A stretch of DNA of 64,000 nucleotides from Cycas panzhihuaensis (Eukaryota > Plantae > Cycadophyta): the NCBI GenBank assembly GCA_023213395.1, contig CM041465.1, forward strand, positions 119,729,741-119,793,740. The letters run 5' to 3'. Shown in pieces: positions 27,531 to 39,700 of this stretch (within the stretch, counting starts at the first letter, position 1; each line of letters starts with the position of its first letter). Position numbers and translations under genes: made by a program. The notes under the pieces are model-generated. The model was given only the letters and a program-made list of their open reading frames with translations. It had not been told where the DNA came from and searched no databases.

Positions 27531-27640
27531 GGAAAGAGCAAGGTAAATGTGAATGATACCTTGAAGGGCCTAAGTGATCACGAGGAAAGAGCAAGGTAAA
27601 TGTGAATGATACCTTGAAGGACCTAAGCGATCACGAGGAA
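27531..27640 (+). repeat. 53-bp tandem duplication in the gag region
   Basis: GGAAAGAGCAAGGTAAATGTGAATGATACCTTGAAGG...GATCACGA x2. Confidence 0.9.
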
Positions 27641-29107
27641 AAAGCAGAGGAAGGTCCCTCAACATATTTGAAAAATAAGTTAACAACACAGTTCTTTGAG
27701 GACTCACTAGAAAAGGGATCCGAGCAATCATACCTAATAGTGACACCATTAATAGTTCAGGTATCGAGAATACCTGAAACTATTCATTTACGAACACCTT
27801 TTAACAATCCTCTATTTGGAAAAGAAAGTGCTAACAAGAGTACACCAGGGATGCCACTTTAAAACAGAATTGAGAAAGAAAGGAGGTCCCCAAAGAAATC
27901 AACCTTAGAGAAGGGAAAGTCACCATCATTGGGAGGGAGACCATCAAGTTCACCAAGGATGAATGATTCAAGAGAATTTGGGAAGTTCATCTTCAATGAC
28001 ATATCTAATGCTGTAGAACACATGTATTTATTTCAAAATCTAATAGACGTGAAAAGAATCATAGATAAACATAAAATAAAAGCAAGATTCGCATGTACTT
28101 TGAGAGGAGTACGATTGGCCTAGTACAAGGAGTTAAATAGAGAAGAGACATGGGAGAATAATAAGAAATTATTTGAGGAAAGATTTCATAAATTTTGCAA
28201 TAATGAGACTATGGAAATTGCATTAAGGGAGATTAAGCAAAGACCTGGTGAATCAGTGTTAACCTACATTAGCCGAATGAATATAATAGCATCTAATATA
28301 ATAAAAGAAATAATAACAGATCACAATATGAAAAATTACTTCGTTAGAGGGTTAAATAAAAAGTTAAGATCTATGATGCAAGTGCATCATTCAAAAACCT
28401 TCAAAAATTCTCAGGAGCTAGCCTTGGATACCCAAACTAGAGGGCATGATCTCTTCTTGCTCATAGTACAAGAAGAAATAAGGGAAATAAAGCAAACCTA
28501 GTGTAACCAACCTATTTTTTCATTAGAAAAGACAGGAGAATGATAAAAAATAAAAAATATGAAAAGAGAGGTGGCATGATTGAAACTAAAAAAATAAAAA
28601 CAAAGAAGAGGAGAGCAAAAAAAAGAAAGGGAATGAGTTCAAAATAGAAAAATGGTGCTATATTTGTGAAGAGGACTCTCATTCTACAAAGGAATATGAG
28701 TTGGCCCAAAAAATAGTGCAATGAGGAAATAAGACAAGTGGTGTCACATTTGTGATGTAAACAACAACACCACCAAAGGCTACTATTTCAACTCGAGGAG
28801 AAGGAGCTACAAAGGCCGAGGAAGAGGAAGAGGAACTAACTCGACGTGACATCTATATACTACTAGAAGCACATCATAATCATCAAAGAAAAAACCACCA
28901 ATAGGAAGATGTTTGATATGCCTACAATTTGGCCATTGGAAATTAGAATGTTCAATAGCTATAATACATGAACAATGCCTATTCATATGTAAAGGCTGTG
29001 GTCTTGGAGACCACAAAACAGAAAATTGCAAAAGAAAAGCAAAAGTGACAAAATTAATGAACATAATTTTGAAAATAAGCAAGAATGTTAAATTTCAAAA
29101 TAAGTGA
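27602..29107 (+). pseudogene. gag: G2 gag with multiple zinc knuckles
   Basis: FACTLRG...W...FEERF, QRPGESV, YFVRGL; knuckles CLICLQFGHWKLEC and CKGCGLGDHKTENC, plus a degenerate one at ~28742. Confidence 0.85.
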
Positions 29108-29485
29108 AAGGGAAAATAAAAAGTAACAAATGATTATCCAAATCCTAAAGTGGAAATTGACAATTTTGAAATGGCAAAATAAACCTTGGAGGAAGCTGCT
29201 TGAAGAAAACCAAAAAAATCATTGCCTATGGAGAAACCAGTGATAAAATACATGTATGTCAGAAAGAATAAATCAAACGATAAAGCACTTATGACTTGTG
29301 AAAAGCAACCTTAGCCACAGTTAGTACAAGTTAAGGAGTTGTTTAAGGGTCTACCAATGGAAGATATACCTCGTATGCTATTATTAATGGAGAATTTGGT
29401 GAAACAACTATAGTTGAAAATCTCATTACAAGTAATTGAACGGATCAAAATCGGAGTGTTGCAATAAAAAAAGGTTGCAAAAAGT

Positions 29486-32400
29486 TTGAAAAAGATTATG
29501 CCATCTTTTGACCTTGACCCAATGGTCACTATTACAATATTGGGTGAAATATTTCAACAAGTAATCATCAATGGTGGGGCAATAGTGAATGCACTGCCAA
29601 CTACGACATGGAAGAAATTAGGAAGCCCAAAGTTGGAAGATGCTACATACTCCTTCAAATTGGTGAATGAGTTATTAGTGAAACATGTGGGTAAATTACC
29701 AAATCTTAAAGTGGATATGGTAGGAATTGTAGTGAGAATTGGCTTTACCATTATGGAAACCGAGAAAGGGATGGCACTTTATTCAGCGTTATTAGGTCGC
29801 CCATGGCTATATAAAACCAGATGCTCATAAAGTTGGAGGGATGTAACTTTCACACTATCAGATAGAGGTAATGAAGTGGTCCTCCCCATGTTGGGGAAGA
29901 GTTCTATTGAAGTAGTAACAGATGATGCCTCTAACACAACCATTTCCAACAATGAAACGTCATCATTCTTTGAGAAAACAAACTTGTATCATGCAATAGA
30001 GGAATCAACAAAGCTAAACCAAATTGTTTTGGGGAAAAATATAACTCCTTGGATGACGAGAAATCAACAAAGTTTGTCAATTTTTTGTTGCAAGAAGTGT
30101 ATGAGTTTAACCCTCCATCTTTTTAATGCAACCTACTGTCTCTAAATAACACTAATGACATAAAAATAAATATTGACATTTTTAAGTATCCTAGTGACCA
30201 AGGTAATACAATAGATAGTATAGGAGATGTACGTGTTAATATTAATATGATACAAAACAAAATCCTAGACCTCAACCCTTAACCTTGCCCCAACCCTAAC
30301 CCTTGCCCTTACCTCGACCTCTTTCCAAACCCTAATCCCCAAAACTTTCCCAATTCCAACCTTCCATTTACCTACGGTATAGGTCCTGAGGTAGATAGCC
30401 CTCCCCTATGCCCATTCCATCTCGAGAAAGGGAGTAATAACCCTTTTTCATCTTCTCTTGAGGTACACCCACCCAACAAGAGGTCTCCTTCTTTAGAAAA
30501 TGTGATAATTATTAATACCGAGCTTATAGTAGTAGAAGAAGAAGCTATGGGAAATATCCTTCGAGATCTTGGTCTAGGCGAAAAAGTAGTTATTCCAGAG
30601 AATAGGAAACATGGACCCTATATTGGTGATCATGTAAAATCATTTTTTGGAGATCAATTGCATGAAACTACTCATTTAATCCATTGCATGGAGTATTGGA
30701 TTGACAAAAGGATATTAAACAAAGTGAAATGGGAATTGGACTTTATATTAACATTGAGAGGATTAGCATGGTACTGGTATTTGGCTCACTAAGACTCTTT
30801 TCGAAACTGGGCCAATCTTTAAGCAACTTTTAGGATTCGCTTGACCCTCCTCACAAATTAAGTATTCCATCATTCTACGTAGGGGATTGTACTAGAAAAC
30901 ACATCCAATGATGTAAGAATTACTGGGTATCCCAAAGCCTTCCTAGGAGTAGTTAGACCCATCTCTTTTTCCATATCTTAGGGAGAATGACTACAAAAAA
31001 GGATGCTAGGAAAGGAAAAAACCTTGGATGCATCTTGGAATAACTTCAAAAAATCCTTTATTAAGACCTTTTTGCACTCGTCTAACGACAAAACAATTGA
31101 CAAAATACCCAAGTATATTAGAAAACTAAGTATGGAGGTAGAACAACCAAAAAACATGTCATTATCACATATAGGAGAAAGTTGGGAAATTAAGAAAGGG
31201 GAAGAGGAAAGTCATAATTATCCTCTTGAGTATATTGAAATTAATTATGGGGAGTGAGAGATAGAAAGGACTCTAACTCATCAAATAAGTGACAAGAATA
31301 ATACAGAAAAAACAAAAGTAAAAACAACTAAAATCTATTTGGAAACTAAAGAAAACCCAAAAAACATACTTATGGGAGACTATTGGGATGATAGAACAGT
31401 AGCAGATACACAAGTTTCATTTGAAGAATATTGCAATGTCTTTACATGGCCATACAAATACTTGAAGACCATTCCTCTGAAGATTGGGATGCACCACATT
31501 GATGGAGCTTAACTAGTAAAGCAAAGACCTTATCGCATGAATCCAAAGTATAAAGAGAAGGTAAAAGCCGAATTTGAAAAGATACTGAAACTATATACAT
31601 TTATGAAATTGACTACAATGATTAGGTAAGCCTTATAGTGATGGTACTACAGAAAAATGGGAAGATACAAGTCTATGTAAATTACAAACAATTGAACAAA
31701 GTAATAAAGAAGGATCCATTTCTGTTACCCTTCATAGAGGATGTATTGGAGATGGTAGGGGGAAAACAAGGTGTATTCTCTTATAGATGGTTTTAACAGG
31801 TATAATCAAGGGCAAATTGCCCTAGATGATCAAGCCAAAACAACATTCGTAACCGAACGAGGAACCCATACATATCGAGTAATGTCTTTTGGCCTTATCA
31901 GTGCATCAGCCACATTCCAACAAATTGTAATAAATATTTTTCAGAAAATAAATGGGGAGAGAGTGGTAGTGTTCCTTGATGACTAAACATCATATGGATT
32001 GATAAAAATCACATGGACAACCTATAAGAAGAACAACCTTTTCTTAAATCCAGAGAAACACACCTTTTTGGTGCCATTCAAGAATTTTCTAGGACATATC
32101 GTGTGTTGTGACGAATTATTAATAAATCTAGAAAAGGTATCAATAATTGTGCACTTTTCAACACCCCTTACAAGGAAGCAATTAATAGGTTTCCTAGGGT
32201 TGAGTGGATATTATAGAAAGTTTATTAGAGGACATGCATATATCTCTAGTCCATTGGAGGAGCTGTTGAGAAAAGATGTGGGCTGGGAGTGCGATACCGA
32301 ACAGCAAGATGCATTCGAGTCCTTGAAAATGGCTATCGTATATGCGCCTATATTGTGGTTCTTGAATTGGGAGAAGATATTTCATGTACATATGGATGCA

Positions 32401-34070
32401 TCACAATATGCAATTGGATGCACATTGGCTCAACCCAGTGATGAGAAGGTGGATCACCCTATCTACTTCGCAAGTTGAAAGTTAACACGAGCAGGACAAA
32501 ACTATACTACGATTGAACGAGAAGGACTTGGGATGGTGTATGCATTGCAAAAATTATGATATTATCTATTGTCCAATCAATTTATATTCTTCGTGGATCA
32601 CCAAGCCCTAATGTATCTAGTAAACAAACCCGTAATGAAAGGGCAGATTAATAGATGGCTGATGTTGTTCTAAGAAGTTACTTTCAAAATAATGGTCAAA
32701 CTTGGAAAAATACATGTGATAATTGACCAACTTTTGAGAATTGATAATGGGGAAAAATCTATAAGAGTATCTGATGATTCCCAGAGATAGCACTATTCAG
32801 CATAGATGTAGTTTCGATTGAGTGGTACGAATGGATTCTAAAGTATCTAACAACAGTAGAATTACCACCTAAAATAGATAAAATTGAGCATAGAAATTTT
32901 GTTCGCAAAGTAAAACTATATAAATTAATCCAAGGGGAGTTGTATTAGCTTGGGCTAGATGAGGTGCCTCATCGTTGTTCTAAGCCATACAAGACTAAAT
33001 AAGTCATAGCCCAAGCTTATGAAGGAATAGTAGGAGGTCACATGGGGAAGATGGCCACTTGGAGAAAGCCATTATCAGTTGGTTTTTAGTGGCCCGCAAT
33101 ATTCGAGGACATGAAAAAGTAGATTCAAAAGTGTACTATTGTCAAAGTGTGGGGAAGCCAAGTCAACAAGATTATCGATATCTCAAACCAATTTTGTCAC
33201 TCACACCATTTGAGAAGTGGGGACTTGACTTCGCGGGGCCTATCAAGACAGCTACCCGATGATCTCAAGCCCGTTATATCTTAGTCACAACTGATTATAT
33301 GATTAAACGGGTGGAAGCATAGCCATTATGGAAAGCAAATTCAAAGAGTACAGTATGATTCTTGTATGAAGTGATCATAACCTGTTAGATGTCCATTGGA
33401 AATTGTGAGTGACTAGGGAACACACTTCATCAATCAAACTATAGAAATTTTGACATCTACATTTATGATTAGCCATAAAAATTCAACGCCATACTAACCT
33501 TGAGCTAATGGACAAGCTGAGAGTTCGAACAAAATTAATGGGAATTGTCTTTAGAAGATATGTGACGTGGGTAGATTTGACTGGGCAGAAAAGTTACTGT
33601 CAATGTTATCGCCATTTAGAACAACATATAAAAGGGCAACTGGATAAACACCATTTTGATTGGTATACATAGTAGAAGCCATTTTTTTAATAGAATTTGA
33701 GATTTCCGGTTTAAGAATTGCCATGCAATGTCGGCCCAATAATTATACTCCTTACAAAAATACCTCAAGCAGTTACTACTATTGGACAAAATGAGGTATA
33801 TGGCAAAGTGGCTGTAGAACGTGGAAAAAACAAGGCAAAGATAATGGCATGATCACCACTTGAGGTCAAGACAATTCTAAGAAAGTGACCAAGTATTGCT
33901 TTATGACAAGAAGTTTGGGACACACTTCGAGAAGTTGTAGATGTGATGGTTAGGGCCATATATCGCCAAGAAAATCTTCAAGAATGGATTAGCAAAGATA
34001 CGAGAGATAGATGGACCCCAGCTGCTAACATTGGTCAATGGTAATAGATTGAAACCCAATCACATCAAGG
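29486..34070 (+). pseudogene. pol: G2 pol (protease, RT, RNase H, integrase), fragmented
   Basis: IINGGAIVN...LLGRPWL; VVVFLDD; FLGLSGYYRKFI; HMDASQYAIG; PFEKWGLDFAGPI; LVNGNRLKP. Confidence 0.9.
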
Positions 34071-34261
34071 GTATGATTAACTCCATAAAGGAATCAGATG
34101 GTTGTACTATACGTGTTGCTTGACATTGAAAAAGCAATCAAGGTTGTCTTAGTACTAGGGAATGATTCCAATCTAGTATGTAAACTCAAAAACACAAATA
34201 AAATAAAATAAAAATAAGAAAAAATAACCATAACTCATATCATTCATTTGAGTAATATGGC

Positions 34262-34288
<27 letters not shown>
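34262..34288. repeat. (GA)n microsatellite
   Basis: Directly visible. Confidence 0.9.
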
Positions 34289-34296
<8 letters not shown>

Positions 34297-34748
34297 AAAA
34301 AAAATGACAACAATAAATATTAAGGACAAAATAGAAGTGAAAAAAGAATGAATCAATGAAAAATAACAAAAATCTAAATTTTAAATATACATATCTACAG
34401 AATACACTATACGTACCAAAAAGGTATGGTGTCAGGTATGCATATAACAAAAGGATATAAGACAACAAAAATAACTATATGTACCTATAAGCATTCCGAT
34501 GCAGAATGCATAGAGAAAAAATATGCAAGTAAGTACCAATTTGACAAAACAAAGTGTCATTTTTAATGGGATTTTGTACCAAAGTGACGGCCATATATAT
34601 AAGAATGCATCCCAAGTGACAAATGCGTTCTAGTCAACAAGTGACATTAGCTCCTGTAGTGAACGTATTCAAGTTTTCTGTACCCAAACCCCATCCATTC
34701 TTCTTGTAAGTACAAGTATTGCTTCCTATTTTTTCTATTGTGTCCAGA

Positions 34749-35870
34749 ATGAGAATTACAAGGTGTCAAGTGACTCATCTACCTAAATTAAAACAAGAAT
34801 TTGAGGGTTTACCTATATCATTCGAAACAAGGGTTAAGCAGGTAGGATGGGAAGAGTATATATTTCTAAGTCCACTCTATTGAGACCCAAAATTAATGAA
34901 AAATATTTTGTTGGAACTAAAGAAAGATATCAAACGTATTAGACTTGATGCAGACATTATCCATGAGACTACAAGACTTCCTAAGGAAAGGGAGCTTCCA
35001 ACATCTACTAAACAATAAGAGGTGGGCTATAAAATCTGGTTTCAAGAATATTATAAAGAAAATACACAAATCCTCTTAAGTGGGATACGAGAAATTGACA
35101 GCAAGGAGGTGAGGTTGCAATGGGTGGCCAAAGTTATTAATAGCTTATTTCCATCTAAAAGGAAATGCACATACATCCCAGGAGGTATGATGCTAGTATT
35201 ATCTAGTATTCGCAATGAAGTACAACTCAATTGGTCAAAATTCTTAGCAATGAATATGACATAGTAGATTGATGAGATATTCACACACCCCTTCAAGCAT
35301 CCTTCTTTGTTACTAGCAATATTACTTCGTCAATGTCTAGGGGTACAACGTCCCCAAATTCCAATTCATCCACATAAGCCACTGATCAAATAATGAGTGG
35401 ATGCCTTTCAAAATCTACTCAAGATATGGAGGTGAAAAGGAGAGTCATAAAGGATATGAGAAGTATTTATGAAGTGGTTATAACAAAAGCCTAGAGAATC
35501 CATTTTGCACTTCTCTAAAGAGCACCAAGAGTAAGCAAGATGAAAAATAAGAAGAAATTAAGACTCAACCCTCACTGGAGGAGTTTTCTCCTACGATAGA
35601 AATAGGAGAAATATCCTCCCAAATAGAAGGAAAATGATAGTAAATCATTCATATGATTGAAGAGTTGGAAGTAGGGTATAAAGTAGAGATTGTTTCCCTA
35701 TAGGAAAAAATAAACAAGAAAGATGTCATTATAGCTACTCTCACCCAAATTAATGAAGAAATCTTGAAGACAAATGAGGCACAAGTAGATCCAAGGCAGT
35801 AGTAACAACCTTAAGATAGGGTGGGGGAAGAAGACAAATACAAATTTTGAAAGTTTGAAGTAAACAAAGA
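34749..35870 (+). pseudogene. G2 extra ORF between pol and the 3' LTR (unknown function)
   Basis: MRITRCQVTHLPKL...IHETTRLPKE...QWVAKVINSLF...YIPGG...LNWSKFL; homologs in G1 and G3. Confidence 0.7.
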
Positions 35871-36218
35871 TGCTCAATCCTTTTTGTTGACCCAATATAG
35901 ATGTGGGGATTATTTCTGGCATACATGACACTCTAGGCCATGGAAAACTAGGAATGCATGCTTGTATTAATATGGAGAATGTAAATATGCATAGCTAGTA
36001 GACCGTATAGGAGTATGCATGACAAAAATCAAGACAAAGTTCTAGAAAAAAGACTCTCAGAGAATGCATTACAGAGTGTGTACTTGAATGGTACGTATGC
36101 AGAATAGGAATGCACACAGTACACACAAAAGGAAATCCATGGTACACATACCCAAATTAGACCCCAATGTTCCAAACATGATGATGTCAACAAGGACACA
36201 CATATGTACGATTAGAAA

Positions 36219-36766
36219 TGTGAAAAGGGACCTAATGGCCTCACAATCCCAAGATCTAGAAGCTAGGATCACTCTAGTTCAAGAAGCACAAATACTTAAC
36301 AAGTATAATATTCTCAAGATGAAAGAAAGTATAAGAGACAAAGCATAAAATGAAGGAGCAAGAGAAATGATACCCAATGTGTGGAGTTGGAATTGGTCCA
36401 ACCTCCAAAGAATAAATAGTTTGATTAGCAAGCGACAAAGATACAACTCCAACTCTCTTATGAGACAATGAGGAGAGGTCTCATTATATAGAGTGAAATG
36501 AGAGACATAAGGCCTTGGATATTTGACAAGTGTCAAACATCCAAGATACATGCCTTGCATGTAGGACATGTGTCATTTTGGGCTCTCATGTGAGCAAAAA
36601 TGCATGAAGGTCCATTTAACCCTTTAGTGACAACGTTGTATCACTAGAAAGAATGTGGGTGTGCACTTTATCACTTAAGTGATAAGTCACCCCTAAAGTA
36701 CAAAAGTACATATATTACATAAAAATTAAAGTACATAACCTTAACATGTAAACATAAGGTTTAATA
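36219..36766 (-). mobile_element. Solo LTR of Copia family A inside the G2 3' LTR
   Basis: Reverse complement of 41613-42166; TSD AGAAA on both sides; absent from the G2 5' LTR. Confidence 0.92.
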
Positions 36767-39700
36767 AGAAATGGCACTAATTAGTGATTGTAATGATGTG
36801 TTAAAGTGAAAAAATATGTTTTGTTATAAAAGGGAATGGTTATGACCACTGGTCATAACCATTCACCCAAAATGCATAAGAAATGATATTTAATTGTACT
36901 TTTCTCACTATTCAAATGGTGAGAGTTTAGTCAAAAGGTCATGTGATATATTCTCAAGTGTGAGAGCCAAGTATTATGTCTGATTATATCTAATATTAGC
37001 TAATGTATAACATTAAATGTAATAGTACATTCCAATATGATATCATATGCATGAGTAGTCAAGGGAATGCATATAGTAATATGTTCCAAACTTATATGAG
37101 AATTGTTGAAGAATTGAAGCAGAGAAGTAGATTACATAATAATAAATTGGATTACATAGACACACATCAGAAACATATTCAACAGTTTGTACACAAGCAT
37201 TTGGACAAGTGGAAAACCCCTTTAGGGGAAGAAAAACCGCTCTTTCAAAAATAAATAATTATATTATCAAAATACATACTATAGAACATACGTAATATGT
37301 CCTCAACTCTCCTATTATTTAAGAGAGAAAATATGACACTTTAAATATGTCAAGTCAAGTAACCACTTAGTCAACTGCTTTTTAATTAATATAATATAAT
37401 ACATAACTTTATAAAGTTTACATTAAAATCATAAGATAGCATTACTTACTAACATTCCTCTTTAATTATATCTTGTATATAAAAATGATGAAGATTTCAA
37501 CATGTTAATCCTCCTTTGATAAAGACTTCATCAATATTAATCAGTTAATGCAACTTATCAAAGTTAGCTTCTGTAAGCAAGCATTATTAGGATATTTACA
37601 GCTTGAATCTATGTCAGACAATATAGTATGTAAATGATTCCATCATTTACCATATTCTAAATAAAGTATTGATATAGTTCAATCTGCTTTGTTCTGGAAT
37701 GAGTAACATGATTAATAGCAATGGAAATAGTATTTTGATTATCAATATTTAAGTTAATAAAAGTTTTAAAAAAAAGTTCATTTAATAAAGACTTAAACCA
37801 TAACATTTCTTTTTTTGATTCTATAAGAGTTCTATATTTAGCTTCAATTGTAAAAAATACTAATGATTACATTTTTTTGTTTAACCAAGTAATTGGAGAG
37901 GAGTTTAGAAAACAGATATACCTAATTGTAGATTTTCTTTCATCAGTATCTATTGCCCAATCAGGATCTGTATAACCAATTAGTTCAAGATGATTATTGG
38001 ATTGTTTATAAATTAAACCAAATGAATTGTACTTTTAAGATAGTATAGGATTTTCTTGGCTACTTTTCAATGTGATTTGTGTAACTGCTACATAAATCTA
38101 GAACATAAAGCTACAAAGTAAGCAATATCAAGATGTGTGAGTAAGATAAATTAAACTACTAATCACTTGTCAATATAGAGTTGGGTTCATTAGTGGTGTA
38201 GCGTAATTAATAGTCAATTTAATTCCAGACTATAGGGGTTGGGGCAAGTTTGTAGTCTTCTATATTGAATCTTTTTAAAAAATCCAAAACATATTTAGGT
38301 TGAGAATTTGTAATTTCAGTCTCTTTTTAACAAACTTGGAGTTCTAAAAATAATGTAATAGACCTAAATCTATCATTTCAAATTGAGATATTGAGTTAGA
38401 TTTTAAATTTAAAGTATCAGAAGTTGAAGATCCAGTAAATATAATGTCATCTACATAAAGAATAAAAAATATGATGTTCTTTTTGTCTTTCTTAAAGTAA
38501 AGATTGAGATCACCAATGCAATTAGTAAAACCATTATTTAAGAGATATTGATCAATTTTATTATACCAAGACCTAGGGGCTTGTTTAAGTCCATATAAAT
38601 ATTTCTTTAGTTTACAAACTAAATTAAGATCTGAAATACAACCTTGAGATTGTTTCATGAAGATTTCTTCTTCTAAGTCATCATTTAAAAATGCGTTTTT
38701 ATAATCCAGTTGATGTGTTTTCTATCCAAATTTAGTTGCAAGTGATATATAATTTTAGTAGTACTAATTTTTACTACAAGGGCAAAATTTTCAATATTTT
38801 ATAACCATCAATTTGGGAAAGAACTTTAGTAACTAAAAGTGCTTTATGTTTTTCAATGGCACTTTCAAAGTTGTATTTTGCATGATAAGCCCATTTATAG
38901 TATATCAACTTTTTACCTGAAGGTAGAAGAACTAAGCCCCAAATGTTGTTCTTAATAAGAGCGTTAAAATCATTATTCATTGCTTGTTGTTAGATTGGAT
39001 TTTGACTGGCTTCTTTAAAGGAATTTGAATCAGTTTAAGATATTATCTTTTCCATAAGAGCAAAGTTAACTTTATTTTGAGATCTAGTTTTCTTAGAATC
39101 AAAATGGTTACTTACATCTGTTCCAACACTAGAGATGGTTTTTTTGTCCCATTTAGGTTGTTTTTTATATGTAATGGTTGTTTTATTAATTTTATCAGGT
39201 TCTATTAAAGTCTAATTTTGAACTTATTTTTCTAAATTTATCATTTCTACATCATTATTCTTAGTTTGTTCATTATTTAGTTTAGGTGTAGAAATGTTTG
39301 TGAGAATATCTTCAACAAGCATGGATATTTGGTTGGATTTAGAACTTGATGAAGATCCTTCTTCAATAAACTTACGTCACATCTGATAGATATAGCATGT
39401 GTTACTAGGTCAAATAAGTGATAAGCTTTGCTTTCTTCACTATAGCCCACAAGAAGATACCTAAAACTTTTATGATAATTTTTTTCTTTTTTCTTTAAGG
39501 ATATGTGGCCATGTGACACTTTCAAAGATTCTGAGATGTTTGACAGTTGGTTTTCTTCTAAACCATTTTTCTTCAGGTGTTACATTATTTAAGGTGTTAG
39601 TTGGTAATCTATTTAACAAATAATTAAAATAATTTATGGATTTTGTCCAAAGTTGTAAATCTAAACTTTTTGAATGTAACATGCACCTTTCCATTTCTGT

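Larger units (their letters stand above)
22353..37103 (+). mobile_element. G2: non-chromovirus Ty3/gypsy LTR retrotransposon (gag-PR-RT-RH-INT plus extra ORF), decayed
   Basis: 5' LTR ~22353-27023 (split by the LINE), PBS 27025-27037, 3' LTR ~35902-37103 (split by a solo LTR, cut by a Copia). Roughly 80% LTR identity by eye. Domain order is RT-RH-INT. Confidence 0.9.

Noticed and set aside
30270-30370. Telomere-like AACCCT repeats
   Set aside because: Degenerate 6-bp units that fit an Asn/Pro-rich linker inside pol; not a (TTTAGGG)n tract.
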